Positions 1-8,759 of a stretch of DNA of 36,079 nucleotides are shown here, piece after piece (positions within the stretch are counted from its first letter, which is position 1; every line of letters starts with the position of its first letter). The stretch is from Candidatus Binatia bacterium (lineage in GTDB: Bacteria; Desulfobacterota; Binatia; Bin18). The stretch spans positions 1-36,079 of the forward strand of contig CAXXHG010000013.1 of the NCBI GenBank assembly GCA_963666315.2. The letters are read 5' to 3'. The notes beneath the pieces were generated by a model. It did no database searches. It was not told the origin of the DNA and saw only the letters and a list, made by a program, of their open reading frames with translations. The translations under genes were made by a program, and so were the position numbers.

Positions 1-1
1 G

Positions 2-664
2 CGTGCTGACGTCACCATCCTTGAGGAGAGTTGGCAAGTCAGCGGGTTTGCGGGGACCGGAAGCTATGATGTGAGACTCGATGAGGTTTTTGTCCCTGAA
101 GACTACTCGCATCGATTCGGTCCAGGCATGCCCCGGGGTAGCCACTACCAAAGCCCGTTGTACAACAATTTCCCCTTCATCAGCGTATTCGGATTTCCAA
201 TGGGCGCGGTGGCCTTAGGAATCGCGCAGGGCGCGCTTGACGCCGTTATGACGCTAGCCGAATCTAAAAAGCCAGCCGGGCAAATACAAACGCTTCGCGA
301 GCGGGCGGTCTTCCATTTCCAACTCGCCGACGCCGTTGCCCTCGTGGAGTCGGCCCGCGCCTGGCTGTACGCCTCCGTAGACCAAGCGTGGGCAGTGGTC
401 GCCGGTGGCGGAGAGGTATCCCTGGAGGAACGGGGGCGCTTGGTCCTGGCCGCCGCGAATGCCACCCGCAGTGCGGCTCAGGCAGTGGACATTGTCTACA
501 CGGCAGCCGGAGGCACGGCCAATTATCTCAACAGTCCCCTGCAACCCGCCTTACGCAATATCCACGCGCTCACCCAGCATTTCGTGACCTCCCCGCAACA
601 ATGGGAGCGTGGGGGACGGATGTTGCTGGGGCTCGACCCCTCGTTTCCCTTTTTCTTGCTATGA
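2..664 (+). CDS. Flavin-dependent monooxygenase oxygenase subunit (HsaA/acyl-CoA dehydrogenase-like), 5' end outside window
   Basis: Frame is open from base 2 (RADVTILEESWQVSGFAGTGSYDV). It has the W-x-V-x-G-x-x-GTGS-x-D motif, a helical C-terminal domain (AVALGIAQGALD) and the ending SPLQxxxRNIHALTQH. Confidence 0.8.
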   Translation, partial: RADVTILEESWQVSGFAGTGSYDVRLDEVFVPEDYSHRFGPGMPRGSHYQSPLYNNFPFISVFGFPMGAVALGIAQGALDAVMTLAESKKPAGQIQTLRERAVFHFQLADAVALVESARAWLYASVDQAWAVVAGGGEVSLEERGRLVLAAANATRSAAQAVDIVYTAAGGTANYLNSPLQPALRNIHALTQHFVTSPQQWERGGRMLLGLDPSFPFFLL

Positions 665-712
665 CCCGTAATTCGCGCAGTCCCCGTACGTCTGTAAGCA
701 TTTCACTGCGCT

Positions 713-771
713 GGTACACGCTTTGGATAAGACGCGCGCTTAGCGGGTCGTTCTTGAGCTGCTTATTAGGT
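713..771 (-). other. Degenerate attC-like hairpin downstream of the cupin gene
   Basis: Minus strand, 7 nt after the cupin stop: ACCTAAT-AAGCAGCTCAAGAACGACCCGC-TAA-GCGCGCGTCTTATCCAAAGCGTGTACC. Layout resembles R''/L''/L'/R', but both core sites are imperfect. Confidence 0.4.
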
Positions 772-778
772 GGCTGTT

Positions 779-1242
779 TCAGTACGGCGTACCATCTTTG
801 TACGTAAATGCCCACGTGCTAGCGACTTCAAGTTTTGCGCATATATCATCGTCAGGACACACTGCCTCATCTCCTGACGTTCGATCACCTATTTCAAGAT
901 ACGTAACTGTATTTTCTGAACGATTCACAAGATGATGTGCGCTCCCGTCGCCAGCCTTCCACCCCATGCATTCTCCGGGGCTCATCACATATTCGTTGCT
1001 TCTGTACACCAGGGTTGGAGTCCCACTCAATATATAGACGAATTTGTCTTGTTGAGAATGTTGGTGTTTCAACGCAGATGTTGACCCTGGGGATAATTCC
1101 GTCAAGTTGACTCCGAAATTTTCCAGATTAAAAAATTGCCGAGCTTTCTCTTGATTCGGCCACTCATCAATGACGCATAGGGCTCGGGGTAATTCGATTT
1201 CTTCGAACGCGCCGGAACCTCTTCAGCAGGTAGTGGTTTCAT
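779..1242 (-). pseudogene. Cupin-domain protein, frameshifted
   Basis: ATG at 1242 gives MKPLPAEEVPARSKKSNYPEPYASLMSGRIKRKLGNF. One extra T in the T6 run at 1130-1135 joins it to NLENFGVNLTELSPG...HQHSQQDKFVYILSG...HHLVNRS...YLEIGDR (ORF 779..1105). Confidence 0.85.
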
Positions 1243-1329
1243 ACAACTCATCACGTAATTCCCCTTTCCTGAGTCGAGATCGTTGCTGGGGCTCCTCTAC
1301 AAGTAGACAGTCTTATAAATATTGTGAAT

Positions 1330-1347
1330 ATTGATTATATCATCAAT
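1330..1347. promoter_or_regulatory. Palindromic operator candidate ATTGAT-N6-ATCAAT
   Basis: Perfect 6-bp inverted repeat in the AT-rich divergent intergenic region, 45 nt upstream of the HTH-citrate synthase start. Confidence 0.5.
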
Positions 1348-1392
1348 GTATTGTGTCTCTAAAGCATCTTTATCGGCAGCAGGGCAGGGACC

Positions 1393-2640
1393 ATGTCTCA
1401 AAAACAGTATCTCACCACACAAGAGGTCTGCGCAGCATTAAGCATTAGCGCGCCGACGTTGTACGCCTATGTCAGTCGCGGGCTGATACGTTCCGAATCG
1501 ACAGGCGGACAGACACGAGTCCGACGCTATGCACAAGAAGATGTCTAGCGGCTCAAGGACCGTAAAGAAGTGCGGCGTGATCCTACAAAACCAGCCACTC
1601 TTACAGCGGATGCCTTACACTGGGGCACGCCGCTCTTAGAGTCCGCGATTACACTCATCGATGCCGGCCAGCTGTATTATCGAGGACAGAACGTAGTTGA
1701 GTTAGTCCGTACGCAGCAGGTTGAAGATATTGCCGAATTCATTTGGCTGGATGATTTGGAGATAGGTAGGGCCAGTCTTTTTTCTACACCTCAATCTAAA
1801 CTCGCTAAACTCGTAAAACTCACAGAAACCGCTCGCACCGTCACTCGAATGACACGAGGGCTCACACCGCTAGAGCGGTTTCAAGCGATATTGCCTGTTG
1901 TGGCAGCGGGTGACGTGGCTGCCTACGATATGCGTCCCAGGTCTATCGCCCGTACTGGAGCCCGACTGCTCCCCGCGTTGGCTCTGGTGGCCACCAGGCA
2001 GGACAGTTTTCACGAAACGATTGCACTAACTCTTCAGCAGGGATGGGTGTCCAATGAACCGGCTGCTGCCGTACTCTTCAATACTGCTTTGATTCTGTGT
2101 GCCGACCACGAACTGAACGTATCGTCCTTTACGGCGCGGTGTGTGGCCTCGGCACATGCGACTCCGTATTCTGTGGTGCTGGCTGGCCTTGCCGCGCTTC
2201 AAGGCGTGCGGCATGGCGGACAGACAGGCCAAGTCGAAGCGTTACTGCGCGAGGTCGATAGCCCAAAACAGGCGAAAATGGTGATCTCAGACCGTCTGCG
2301 ACGAGGGGAATCGATTCCCGGCTTCGGGCATCGACTTTACCCAGATGGTGACCCGCGGGCAAAGCTGTTGATGGCGCAACTCGGCAAGGTATATTCCCGC
2401 TCTCCTGCGCTAAGCCTGGCTAAGAGTATAGTCGCTCAGATGAGGCGTATCACGGGTGAACATCCTACGATTGATTTCGCTCTTGTGGTTTTGGCAAATG
2501 TGCTCAAATTGCCGTCTGGAACAGCACTTGCGCTTTTTGCGCTAGGTCGGACCATAGGTTGGATCGGCCATGCTATCGAGCAATATCAGACTGAGCGGTT
2601 GACTCGTCCGCGCGCGCGGTATGTAGGGAAAATGCCGTAG
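1393..2640 (+). pseudogene. Helix-turn-helix (excisionase/MerR-like) plus citrate synthase-family fusion protein with one in-frame TAG
   Basis: ATG 1393 gives MSQKQYLTTQEVCAALSISAPTLYAYVSRGLIRS (HTH). TAG at 1546-1548, then the same frame continues into ORF 1570..2640 with citrate synthase motifs LYYRG, ADHELNVSSF, RHGG, GFGH, DPRA, TIDF, GRTIGWIGH. Confidence 0.85.
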
Positions 2641-2653
2641 GGCCAGCGTTCCA

Positions 2654-2724
2654 GCAGGGGCGAAGCATTTCTGCCGACTGCACAACGGACCGTTCAAATT
2701 CACCGAAAAATGCTTCGCCCCTAC
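2654..2724. repeat. GTAG-type REP/REPIN-like inverted repeat between convergent genes
   Basis: Perfect 15-bp arms AGGGGCGAAGCATTT (2656-2670) and AAATGCTTCGCCCCT (2708-2722). The minus strand starts GTAGGGGCG. Could also act as a bidirectional terminator. Confidence 0.75.
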
Positions 2725-3890
2725 TATCTCTGCCCGGTAGGTAAAGCCGCGTGTGGATAGGTTTCCTGGGCGAGCTGTGTCACATTATCTCCGGTCAAGC
2801 TATGCAGGAAGGTAAGCAGGGCTTGCTTCTCGTCCGTCGCTAAATTGAGTGGGCTGATGCGCTCGTCCTGGCCTTCAACGCCGGTGCCGCCACGGTCGTA
2901 GTAATCTATCACTGCTTCGAGGCTGAGCAGAATCCCATTATGCATATACGGTGCGGTGAGCGCGATGTTGCGCAGGGAAGGGGTCTTGTACTGCCACACG
3001 TCTGTCGGGTCGAGGGTGACTTCGTACCGCCCAAGATCACTCCCAGGCATCTGGAGAATCTCGTCAATTTGTGTGCGCGGCATCTGGACTTGCAGCCCGC
3101 CGCCCAAATCGATAGCCACCGTTTTTTCAGGAATGAGCTTGAGGTGGGCTACACCGGTGTTGTGAAACTCGTGGTCGGTAAATAAGGCCGCATCTTTGCC
3201 TATGCTGTGACAGGCGAAGCACGTGCCCTTTCCAGCAAATATTTCAAAGCCGGCTTTCACCTCATCACTGACCGCATTTTCTTCTTCACCAAAATACCAG
3301 CGGTCAAATGGCGCGTTTCCGGACAGCAGTGTCCGCTGGTAGCTGGCGAGCGCCTGGCCCAGCGTTGCAACGCTGGGTTCCTCACCAAAGGTGGCCTGAA
3401 ACGCTTTCGTGTAGCCGGGCAGCAGCTTGATCTTGTTGACCACGTGGCCGATAGATGGATTTCCCATCTCCACGGGGTTTGTCAGCGGGGAAATGATCTG
3501 ATCTTCGAGTATGAACTCGCGCCCGTCATGAAAAAGAAGACGCTGATAGGCAACGTTGTATAGCGCGGGAGCGTTGCGCTTGCCAGTTTTCCCATTGATG
3601 CCTACGGCCAAACGAGCTTCATTGGCCGTAAATCCCTGAGCTGGGATGTGACACATAGCACACGACATGGTGTCGTTGGGGGATAGGCGACGATCGAAAA
3701 ACAAGCGTCGGCCCAGATCAATCTTTTCCGGGGTCAAAGGATTATTCTGAGGAATAGGAAGAGTGGTTGGAAGGCCAAGCGGAGGGTAAGGGGCCGGGGG
3801 TTGGGGGCTGGGGGCTGGCGTTTTGGAAATGACTACCAGTGGACAAAGGAGCACGAAGAGAATCAAGAAACAAAGAAAAAAACATCTCAT
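2724..3890 (-). CDS. mauG: Di-heme cytochrome c peroxidase/MauG-like protein
   Basis: Signal peptide, LGRRLFFD, two CxxCH motifs (CAMCH, CFACH), RNAP, KTPSLRNIALTAPYMHNG. Co-oriented with SCO and mtoX. Confidence 0.85.
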   Translation of the reverse strand: MRCFFLCFLILFVLLCPLVVISKTPAPSPQPPAPYPPLGLPTTLPIPQNNPLTPEKIDLGRRLFFDRRLSPNDTMSCAMCHIPAQGFTANEARLAVGINGKTGKRNAPALYNVAYQRLLFHDGREFILEDQIISPLTNPVEMGNPSIGHVVNKIKLLPGYTKAFQATFGEEPSVATLGQALASYQRTLLSGNAPFDRWYFGEEENAVSDEVKAGFEIFAGKGTCFACHSIGKDAALFTDHEFHNTGVAHLKLIPEKTVAIDLGGGLQVQMPRTQIDEILQMPGSDLGRYEVTLDPTDVWQYKTPSLRNIALTAPYMHNGILLSLEAVIDYYDRGGTGVEGQDERISPLNLATDEKQALLTFLHSLTGDNVTQLAQETYPHAALPTGQR

Positions 3891-4603
3891 GGTGAGCGGG
3901 TAGCGTGCTGATTCTGCTCGATTAATAGCGTCTCGATATCGTTGAGGACAAGCTGCGGGTTAAAAAACCCTAGGCTGTAAATATTGCGGACGTTGTGGTC
4001 CGTATCGAGCAGAAAGACTTTGAGGACGTGACGAAAGAGACCGCTCCACGTCCCGTCTTCCTGCCACATTTTGGCAGCCGATTGATGAAAATCGTCCAGG
4101 ACCGGCTGAAGGTCTGCCGGCGTGCGGCTGGTCAAAAAATGCCAGTCGGTCTTCGGCTGCATGGCTTGCTTGACTTCTGCCATTCTCGCCGGCGTATCTC
4201 GCTCAGGATCAAAGCTGACGGACATCAATGTGACCTTGTTGCGGATGTCCGGACGTTGGCTCAACATCCGGTCTATCCGGTGCAGGACTGCTGCGGCCAG
4301 TGGGCAACCCCCGACATCGGCACACGAGGTGTACATAAAAGAGACAACGGCGATCTTGCTGTCAGTCAAGTCGAATAAGTCGACGCGTCTGCCTGAAGAG
4401 TCAATCAGGCTGTGGTCGACGATGGTATCGATTGGTGGCAGCTCATATGTCCCCGGCGGGGGCGGAGTAAACTGGGGTTCCAGTGCGCCCTTCACTACGG
4501 ATAGCAGGGGCGCGGTTGCGGCAGCGGATTGGGCGCAGGCTGAAGGACTCCAGGTAAGTGAGCCGAGTATGACCAATGCCGCGATGTATCTGATCTCATG
4601 CAT
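3887..4603 (-). CDS. SCO1/SenC-family copper chaperone
   Basis: FMYTSCADVGGCP, SVSFDPERDTP, WHFLT and a conserved His (FRHVLKVFLLD). Likely start is ATG 4603 followed by a signal peptide; the longer ORF overlaps mtoX and runs through a REP. 4-bp overlap with mauG. Confidence 0.85.
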   Translation of the reverse strand: MHEIRYIAALVILGSLTWSPSACAQSAAATAPLLSVVKGALEPQFTPPPPGTYELPPIDTIVDHSLIDSSGRRVDLFDLTDSKIAVVSFMYTSCADVGGCPLAAAVLHRIDRMLSQRPDIRNKVTLMSVSFDPERDTPARMAEVKQAMQPKTDWHFLTSRTPADLQPVLDDFHQSAAKMWQEDGTWSGLFRHVLKVFLLDTDHNVRNIYSLGFFNPQLVLNDIETLLIEQNQHATRSP

Positions 4604-4616
4604 GCGAGTTATACGA

Positions 4617-4644
4617 GCAGGGGCGACCGGCCGGTCGCCCCTAC
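4617..4644. repeat. GTAG-type REP palindrome
   Basis: Perfect 24-bp palindrome AGGGGCGACCGGCCGGTCGCCCCT (4619-4642); the minus strand begins GTAGGGGCG. Confidence 0.75.
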
Positions 4645-4664
4645 AAGCTGTTAGCGCACGGTTG

Positions 4665-6005
4665 CTAACGCGCGGTTGCAACACGCGCTGCGCTACTTTC
4701 TTGCTGCTGCGTAAAAATTTGGTTCTTATAAAACTGATCCTGACCAAAGCGCATAAAGTGGGGACGGCCTAGTCCTTTCTTGTAGAAATCAATTGTAAAA
4801 AATCGCTGCAGCTTCTTGCCATCCCAGCTATACGCCTTAAAAAACTGTTCGTCCTGGTGTTCCTTCTTATCCCAGTTGGTGAGTAACGACGAGGTAAAAT
4901 AGATGCGTTTACCATCCCACGATTGCGACACCATGTTGACTTGAGAGCCGATCTTTTGCTCGTGGATGAGTGTTGGTTTGTCCGGGATGGTGACATTGTA
5001 GACGCGACACATGCCATCCAAGAAGCTATCGACAAACAGGGTGGTATCGTCAGCCGAGAGGCTGATATCGACCGGCAGAGGCACTGTGGATGGATCGCCA
5101 ATATCTGAAATTGCTTTGGCCTCAAAGCTGCCGTCTTTTTTCTGGCGGATCAGCCACAGCTGGGCAGTCAGCGCGGTCGAGGTGAAAGCGTAGTTGTGTT
5201 GGGGTTGGAGCGCCCAACGAATCTCTAAGGGAGCGCCTGGCACCTCAAAGGTTTGGATAGGTTTGCGCGCGTGGAAGTCCCACAGCACCATGGTGCTGCC
5301 GAAGCGTTTCATGGCTTCCGGATCAGCCAGCATCTGCCCGAAATCCATCATGTAATTATTCCAGCCGGTGAAAGAGGAGGTTAAGAGCCGGTTGAGGCGC
5401 GGTAGTACGCGCGCGTCGTAGCCATACGGGGCATCGTCCGGCATCCATATGGTGCGGATGTATTTGCCCTCATTGCTGTATTCGACCATACCGGTTTTTC
5501 CACCATGATCTTCTGAATTGGACAAACCGGTAATCAGCACCCGACCAGGCAGGGCATAAATGGTATGCGGACCAACAACGCCGCCGGAATCCTCGACAAA
5601 GGTGTCGATGGTTTTGACGAGTTTCGGCTTTGCTGGGTCTGCAGCAACATCAAAGATGAAGATCTTACTGTCATCCAGACCGCTGACCCAAAAGTGGCGC
5701 CGGTCGTCGTTAAAGCCGCCGTGGTGGGCTTCGTGCCGCCCGCCGACTGATACGCTCGACAGGACCTGACCATACTGATCGGGCCGATTCGGATTCACCC
5801 CAACCGTGACGACTTTGTCTGAGCCATTGCCAACTCCCTCAGTGCCCAACGTCCAGACATAGACGTAATCTTCCTGTCCGGTTATTTTCGGCATATAGGG
5901 CGATTGGCAGGTCTCATCTGCATGGCTAACCGTACTGAGACCGAGCATGCAGATGACACTGAAGAGAACGAGCAGCAGCAGCCGCGACACTCGAAAACTA
6001 GACAT
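4665..6005 (-). CDS. mtoX: Methanethiol oxidase (selenium-binding protein SBP56/SELENBP1 family), secreted
   Basis: Signal peptide ending SHA|DETCQSPYM, HEAHHGG, GPHT, Trp-containing motifs SSFTGWNNY and SSLLTNWD, strong RBS (AAGGAGG), and the SCO + MauG neighbourhood known for bacterial mtoX. Confidence 0.85.
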   Translation of the reverse strand: MSSFRVSRLLLLVLFSVICMLGLSTVSHADETCQSPYMPKITGQEDYVYVWTLGTEGVGNGSDKVVTVGVNPNRPDQYGQVLSSVSVGGRHEAHHGGFNDDRRHFWVSGLDDSKIFIFDVAADPAKPKLVKTIDTFVEDSGGVVGPHTIYALPGRVLITGLSNSEDHGGKTGMVEYSNEGKYIRTIWMPDDAPYGYDARVLPRLNRLLTSSFTGWNNYMMDFGQMLADPEAMKRFGSTMVLWDFHARKPIQTFEVPGAPLEIRWALQPQHNYAFTSTALTAQLWLIRQKKDGSFEAKAISDIGDPSTVPLPVDISLSADDTTLFVDSFLDGMCRVYNVTIPDKPTLIHEQKIGSQVNMVSQSWDGKRIYFTSSLLTNWDKKEHQDEQFFKAYSWDGKKLQRFFTIDFYKKGLGRPHFMRFGQDQFYKNQIFTQQQESSAARVATAR

Positions 6006-6021
6006 AGACTCCTCCTTCTTA

Positions 6022-6080
6022 AAAAGCCGTTTACTTACAAAAGCCGTTTACTTACAAAAGCCGTTTACTTACAAAAGCCG
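6022..6080. repeat. 17-bp tandem repeat AAAAGCCGTTTACTTAC x3 plus 8-bp partial copy
   Basis: Exact copies at 6022-6038, 6039-6055 and 6056-6072; partial copy at 6073-6080. Confidence 0.95.
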
Positions 6081-6195
6081 CTTGAGGCGCTTGCGTAACG
6101 GAACTGCCACCCGACTGCTACCAGAATAGACGAGGAGAGGCAATCTCCGTAATAATGGTTGGACTCTCTGCCGTTATAGTCAGACTGTGTCCAGC

Positions 6196-7047
6196 TTACA
6201 ACGGCTGGCAGCGTGGGCAAAAATGCGTACTGCGCTGACCAACCAAGGTGTGCTCAATGGGGGTACGACAGCGACGACAGGGCTGGCCGGTTCGCCCATA
6301 GACGCGGAAGAAATTTTGATAATTGCCTTCCGGATAAACCCAATCAATGGCTGCGCCGTTGTGCCTCATGCCTTCTTTGAGGGAGGCACGGATGGCTTTA
6401 TGTAAAGTGGCGACCTGGGCATCCTCGAGATCGGCTGCTCGGAAGAATGGATGGAGTCTGGCCCGCCACAATGCCTCATCGGCGTAGATATTCCCGACGC
6501 CGGCAATAAAAGTCTGATTGAGCAACAGCGCTTTGAGTCCGCCTGACTTCTTTGCGATCAGCGCACGAAATTTACGTAAGGTGAAGGCGGGCTCAAGCGG
6601 TTCCGGCCCGAGATGCCCGGTCACATCTTGCAGATCATTGACACAATACACCCGGCCAAACTTGCGTGCGTCATTGAAGTGGAGCGTATAACCACTGTCG
6701 AACGTGCACGTGAAATGCACGTGTTTATGCCGTGGTGTTTCAGTTTTCAGCACTTCGATCCGTCCACTCATCTTGAGATGAATAATGAGAAAACGCAGCG
6801 GTTCGCCTGCGGGCGGAGCCAATGTGAAGACCAAGTATTTCCCGCGGCGCCCGAGCGACTGAATACGGTGACCGGGCAGCGTACGGGTGACGCTTTTGAT
6901 GGAGGGGCGGGTAGCATTGGGCCAGTCTGCCCAGGCCTGGGTGATGCTGCAGCCGACTGGGGAAGGGTAGGCAGGCTGGCCTTCTTCAACCGGTTCTCCA
7001 CGTTGCAGCTTGCGAATAATGGTTTCAACTTCCGGGAGTTCGGGCAT
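6196..7047 (-). CDS. mutM: Formamidopyrimidine-DNA glycosylase
   Basis: N-terminal MPELPEVE, RRGKYL, HLKMSG, DARKFG, LGPEPL, AGVGNIYADE and C-terminal zinc finger CRRC...CPRCQ. Confidence 0.95.
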   Translation of the reverse strand: MPELPEVETIIRKLQRGEPVEEGQPAYPSPVGCSITQAWADWPNATRPSIKSVTRTLPGHRIQSLGRRGKYLVFTLAPPAGEPLRFLIIHLKMSGRIEVLKTETPRHKHVHFTCTFDSGYTLHFNDARKFGRVYCVNDLQDVTGHLGPEPLEPAFTLRKFRALIAKKSGGLKALLLNQTFIAGVGNIYADEALWRARLHPFFRAADLEDAQVATLHKAIRASLKEGMRHNGAAIDWVYPEGNYQNFFRVYGRTGQPCRRCRTPIEHTLVGQRSTHFCPRCQPL

Positions 7048-7173
7048 AAGGATAGACTAAGGAGCCTGTTAGTTGTGTTCGTTGCACTGCCGCATAATAG
7101 CTGATAGCTGAGCCATGAGTAGCCCATACCACATCACCCACGTCGGCCAAGTTGGGATGAGGAGGAAAACCTT

Positions 7174-7527
7174 GTGGCGGTAAAAAAATTCTCAAGCGCC
7201 TATTATGTTGTCAATAATATGGATCAGGCGGTCACATTCTACCAGGATATTCTTGGACTGGAGGTCAAGTTTCGTGACGGCGACCGTTGGACCCAGTTTG
7301 ATGTCGGCGGTGTCGCAGTCGCCCTGGCTGATCCGAATGAGGGTTCGGTGCCTCCGGGCGGCGGAGCGACTGTGGTGCTGGAGGTTGAGGATTTGTTGGA
7401 GATGCGGGAGAAGCTGACTCAAAACGGGGTGAAGGTCAACGAGACTGTGGATATGGGCGGGCATGGGCAGTATTTTACGGCTGTTGATCCTGCCGGGAAT
7501 ATTGTCCAGATTTTTGCGCGTTCGTAA
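7174..7527 (+). CDS. VOC/glyoxalase family protein
   Basis: AVTFYQDILGL and DPAGNIVQI motifs; RBS GAGGAGG before the GTG start. Confidence 0.85.
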   Translation: MAVKKFSSAYYVVNNMDQAVTFYQDILGLEVKFRDGDRWTQFDVGGVAVALADPNEGSVPPGGGATVVLEVEDLLEMREKLTQNGVKVNETVDMGGHGQYFTAVDPAGNIVQIFARS

Positions 7528-7637
7528 TAGTATCCAAGCAGCTGGTCCTCTGAATTCTTGCGGATATTCGCGATCCTCGCGATTCTGGGCCGGTCGCTTT
7601 TTTGAATTTCGTGATTGTGGGGAAAGGGGAAAGCGCA

Positions 7638-8657
7638 ATGAAACGGACTGACTTTCTGAGACGAACAGGATTGGCTGCGTGCATGGCCGGGCTGATGCTA
7701 GCTGGCACTAATGCCTATGGCCATATGCCGGCTCAGGCTGAGGTGCCGCTCTGGCAATGGACGCCAGAGCAGTTTCGGCAACACGTGGCTACCGTACGTG
7801 GCGGTAAAGACCTGACTCCCAAAGAATGGCCCGACGGCTCACGGGTAGCGGTGAGCTTTTCCTTTGATTTTGACACGGAGCCGGTGTGGATGGGCTTTCA
7901 GGGCCAGAAAAGTCCGTCGTATATGTCGCGCGGAGAATATGGTGCGCGGGTGGGCATGCCGCGTATCTTTACCTTATTAGCGAAGCATAAGATCCCGGCC
8001 TCATTTTTTATCCCGGCGATTTCCATGGTTCTGCATCCGCAAGTCATCGAAGAACTCAAAAAACACTCGGACTACGAGATCGGCTTTCATTCCTATGTGC
8101 ACGAAAACCCGCTGACTTTGAGTGAGGCGGAGGAGCGGGCGGTCTATGCCAAAGCCATGAAGATCTTTGTCGAAAAGGTTGGTAAAAAGCCGGTCGGATT
8201 TCGGTCGGCAGCCTGGGATTTAACTCCGGCTACCATCCAGATTGTCAAAGAAATGGGCTTTTTATATGAGAGCAGCATGATGGCCGATGACCGGCCGTAT
8301 AGTCTGGTTTCCAACGGCAAGGAAACCGGTCTCATCGAGCTGCCGGTTGAATGGATTCTGGATGATTGGCCGTTGTTCCAAATCAGCTGGCCAAGCAAGC
8401 ATGTGAGCATCCGTAATGCAGACGACGTGTACTCCATTTGGAAAGACGAATTTGACGGCGCGTATGAAGAAGGCACGCTGTTTCTTCTGACCATGCATCC
8501 CCAAGTCATCGGCCATCGTTACCGGATGCAAATGCTGGATAAACTCATTTCTCATATGAAGAGTAAGCCCGGCGTATGGTTCGCCACCCACGAGCAGATT
8601 GCGCGCTATGTCCAAGAGCAAGCCGCGCAATCTGATACTGCTGGTACTGGAGACTAG
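7638..8657 (+). CDS. Secreted polysaccharide deacetylase (CE4, PgdA/PuuE-like)
   Basis: Signal peptide from ATG 7638; WPDGSRVAVSFSFDFD, EYGARVG, EIGFHSYVHE, GFRS, LDDW, LTMHPQVIG. Confidence 0.85.
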   Translation: MKRTDFLRRTGLAACMAGLMLAGTNAYGHMPAQAEVPLWQWTPEQFRQHVATVRGGKDLTPKEWPDGSRVAVSFSFDFDTEPVWMGFQGQKSPSYMSRGEYGARVGMPRIFTLLAKHKIPASFFIPAISMVLHPQVIEELKKHSDYEIGFHSYVHENPLTLSEAEERAVYAKAMKIFVEKVGKKPVGFRSAAWDLTPATIQIVKEMGFLYESSMMADDRPYSLVSNGKETGLIELPVEWILDDWPLFQISWPSKHVSIRNADDVYSIWKDEFDGAYEEGTLFLLTMHPQVIGHRYRMQMLDKLISHMKSKPGVWFATHEQIARYVQEQAAQSDTAGTGD

Positions 8658-8712
8658 ACCGTAGAAGAAGCCAGCCGAGATCTAGCTCAATGCGGGTGAG
8701 GGTCGCGAATGA

Positions 8713-8756
8713 ATGCCATCTTTTGAAATTATCAACGTAAGCGCTATCTGGATTGA
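8713..8756 (+). pseudogene. Possible collapsed remnant of the usual upstream partner of the 8760 gene
   Basis: MPSFEII in one frame directly joined to RKRYLD-stop in another, ending 3 nt before the next ATG. The match to the partner family is from my recollection only. Confidence 0.35.
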
Positions 8757-8759
8757 CCT

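Noticed and set aside
1330-1347. FNR box
   Set aside because: Spacer is N6, not the N4 of TTGAT-N4-ATCAA.
4604-4747. N-terminal extension of the SCO ORF
   Set aside because: Overlaps mtoX and translates a REP palindrome; the signal peptide starts at ATG 4603.
4665-6005. Selenoprotein or selenium-utilisation locus
   Set aside because: Selenium-binding is only the family name; there is no in-frame TGA, SECIS-like element or sel gene.
6022-6080. CRISPR array
   Set aside because: Repeats are contiguous 17-mers with no spacers, and there are no cas genes.
6093-6109. Sigma54 promoter for mtoX (TGGCAGTTCCGTTAC on the minus strand)
   Set aside because: The invariant GC at -12 is AC, so the GG-N10-GC rule fails.
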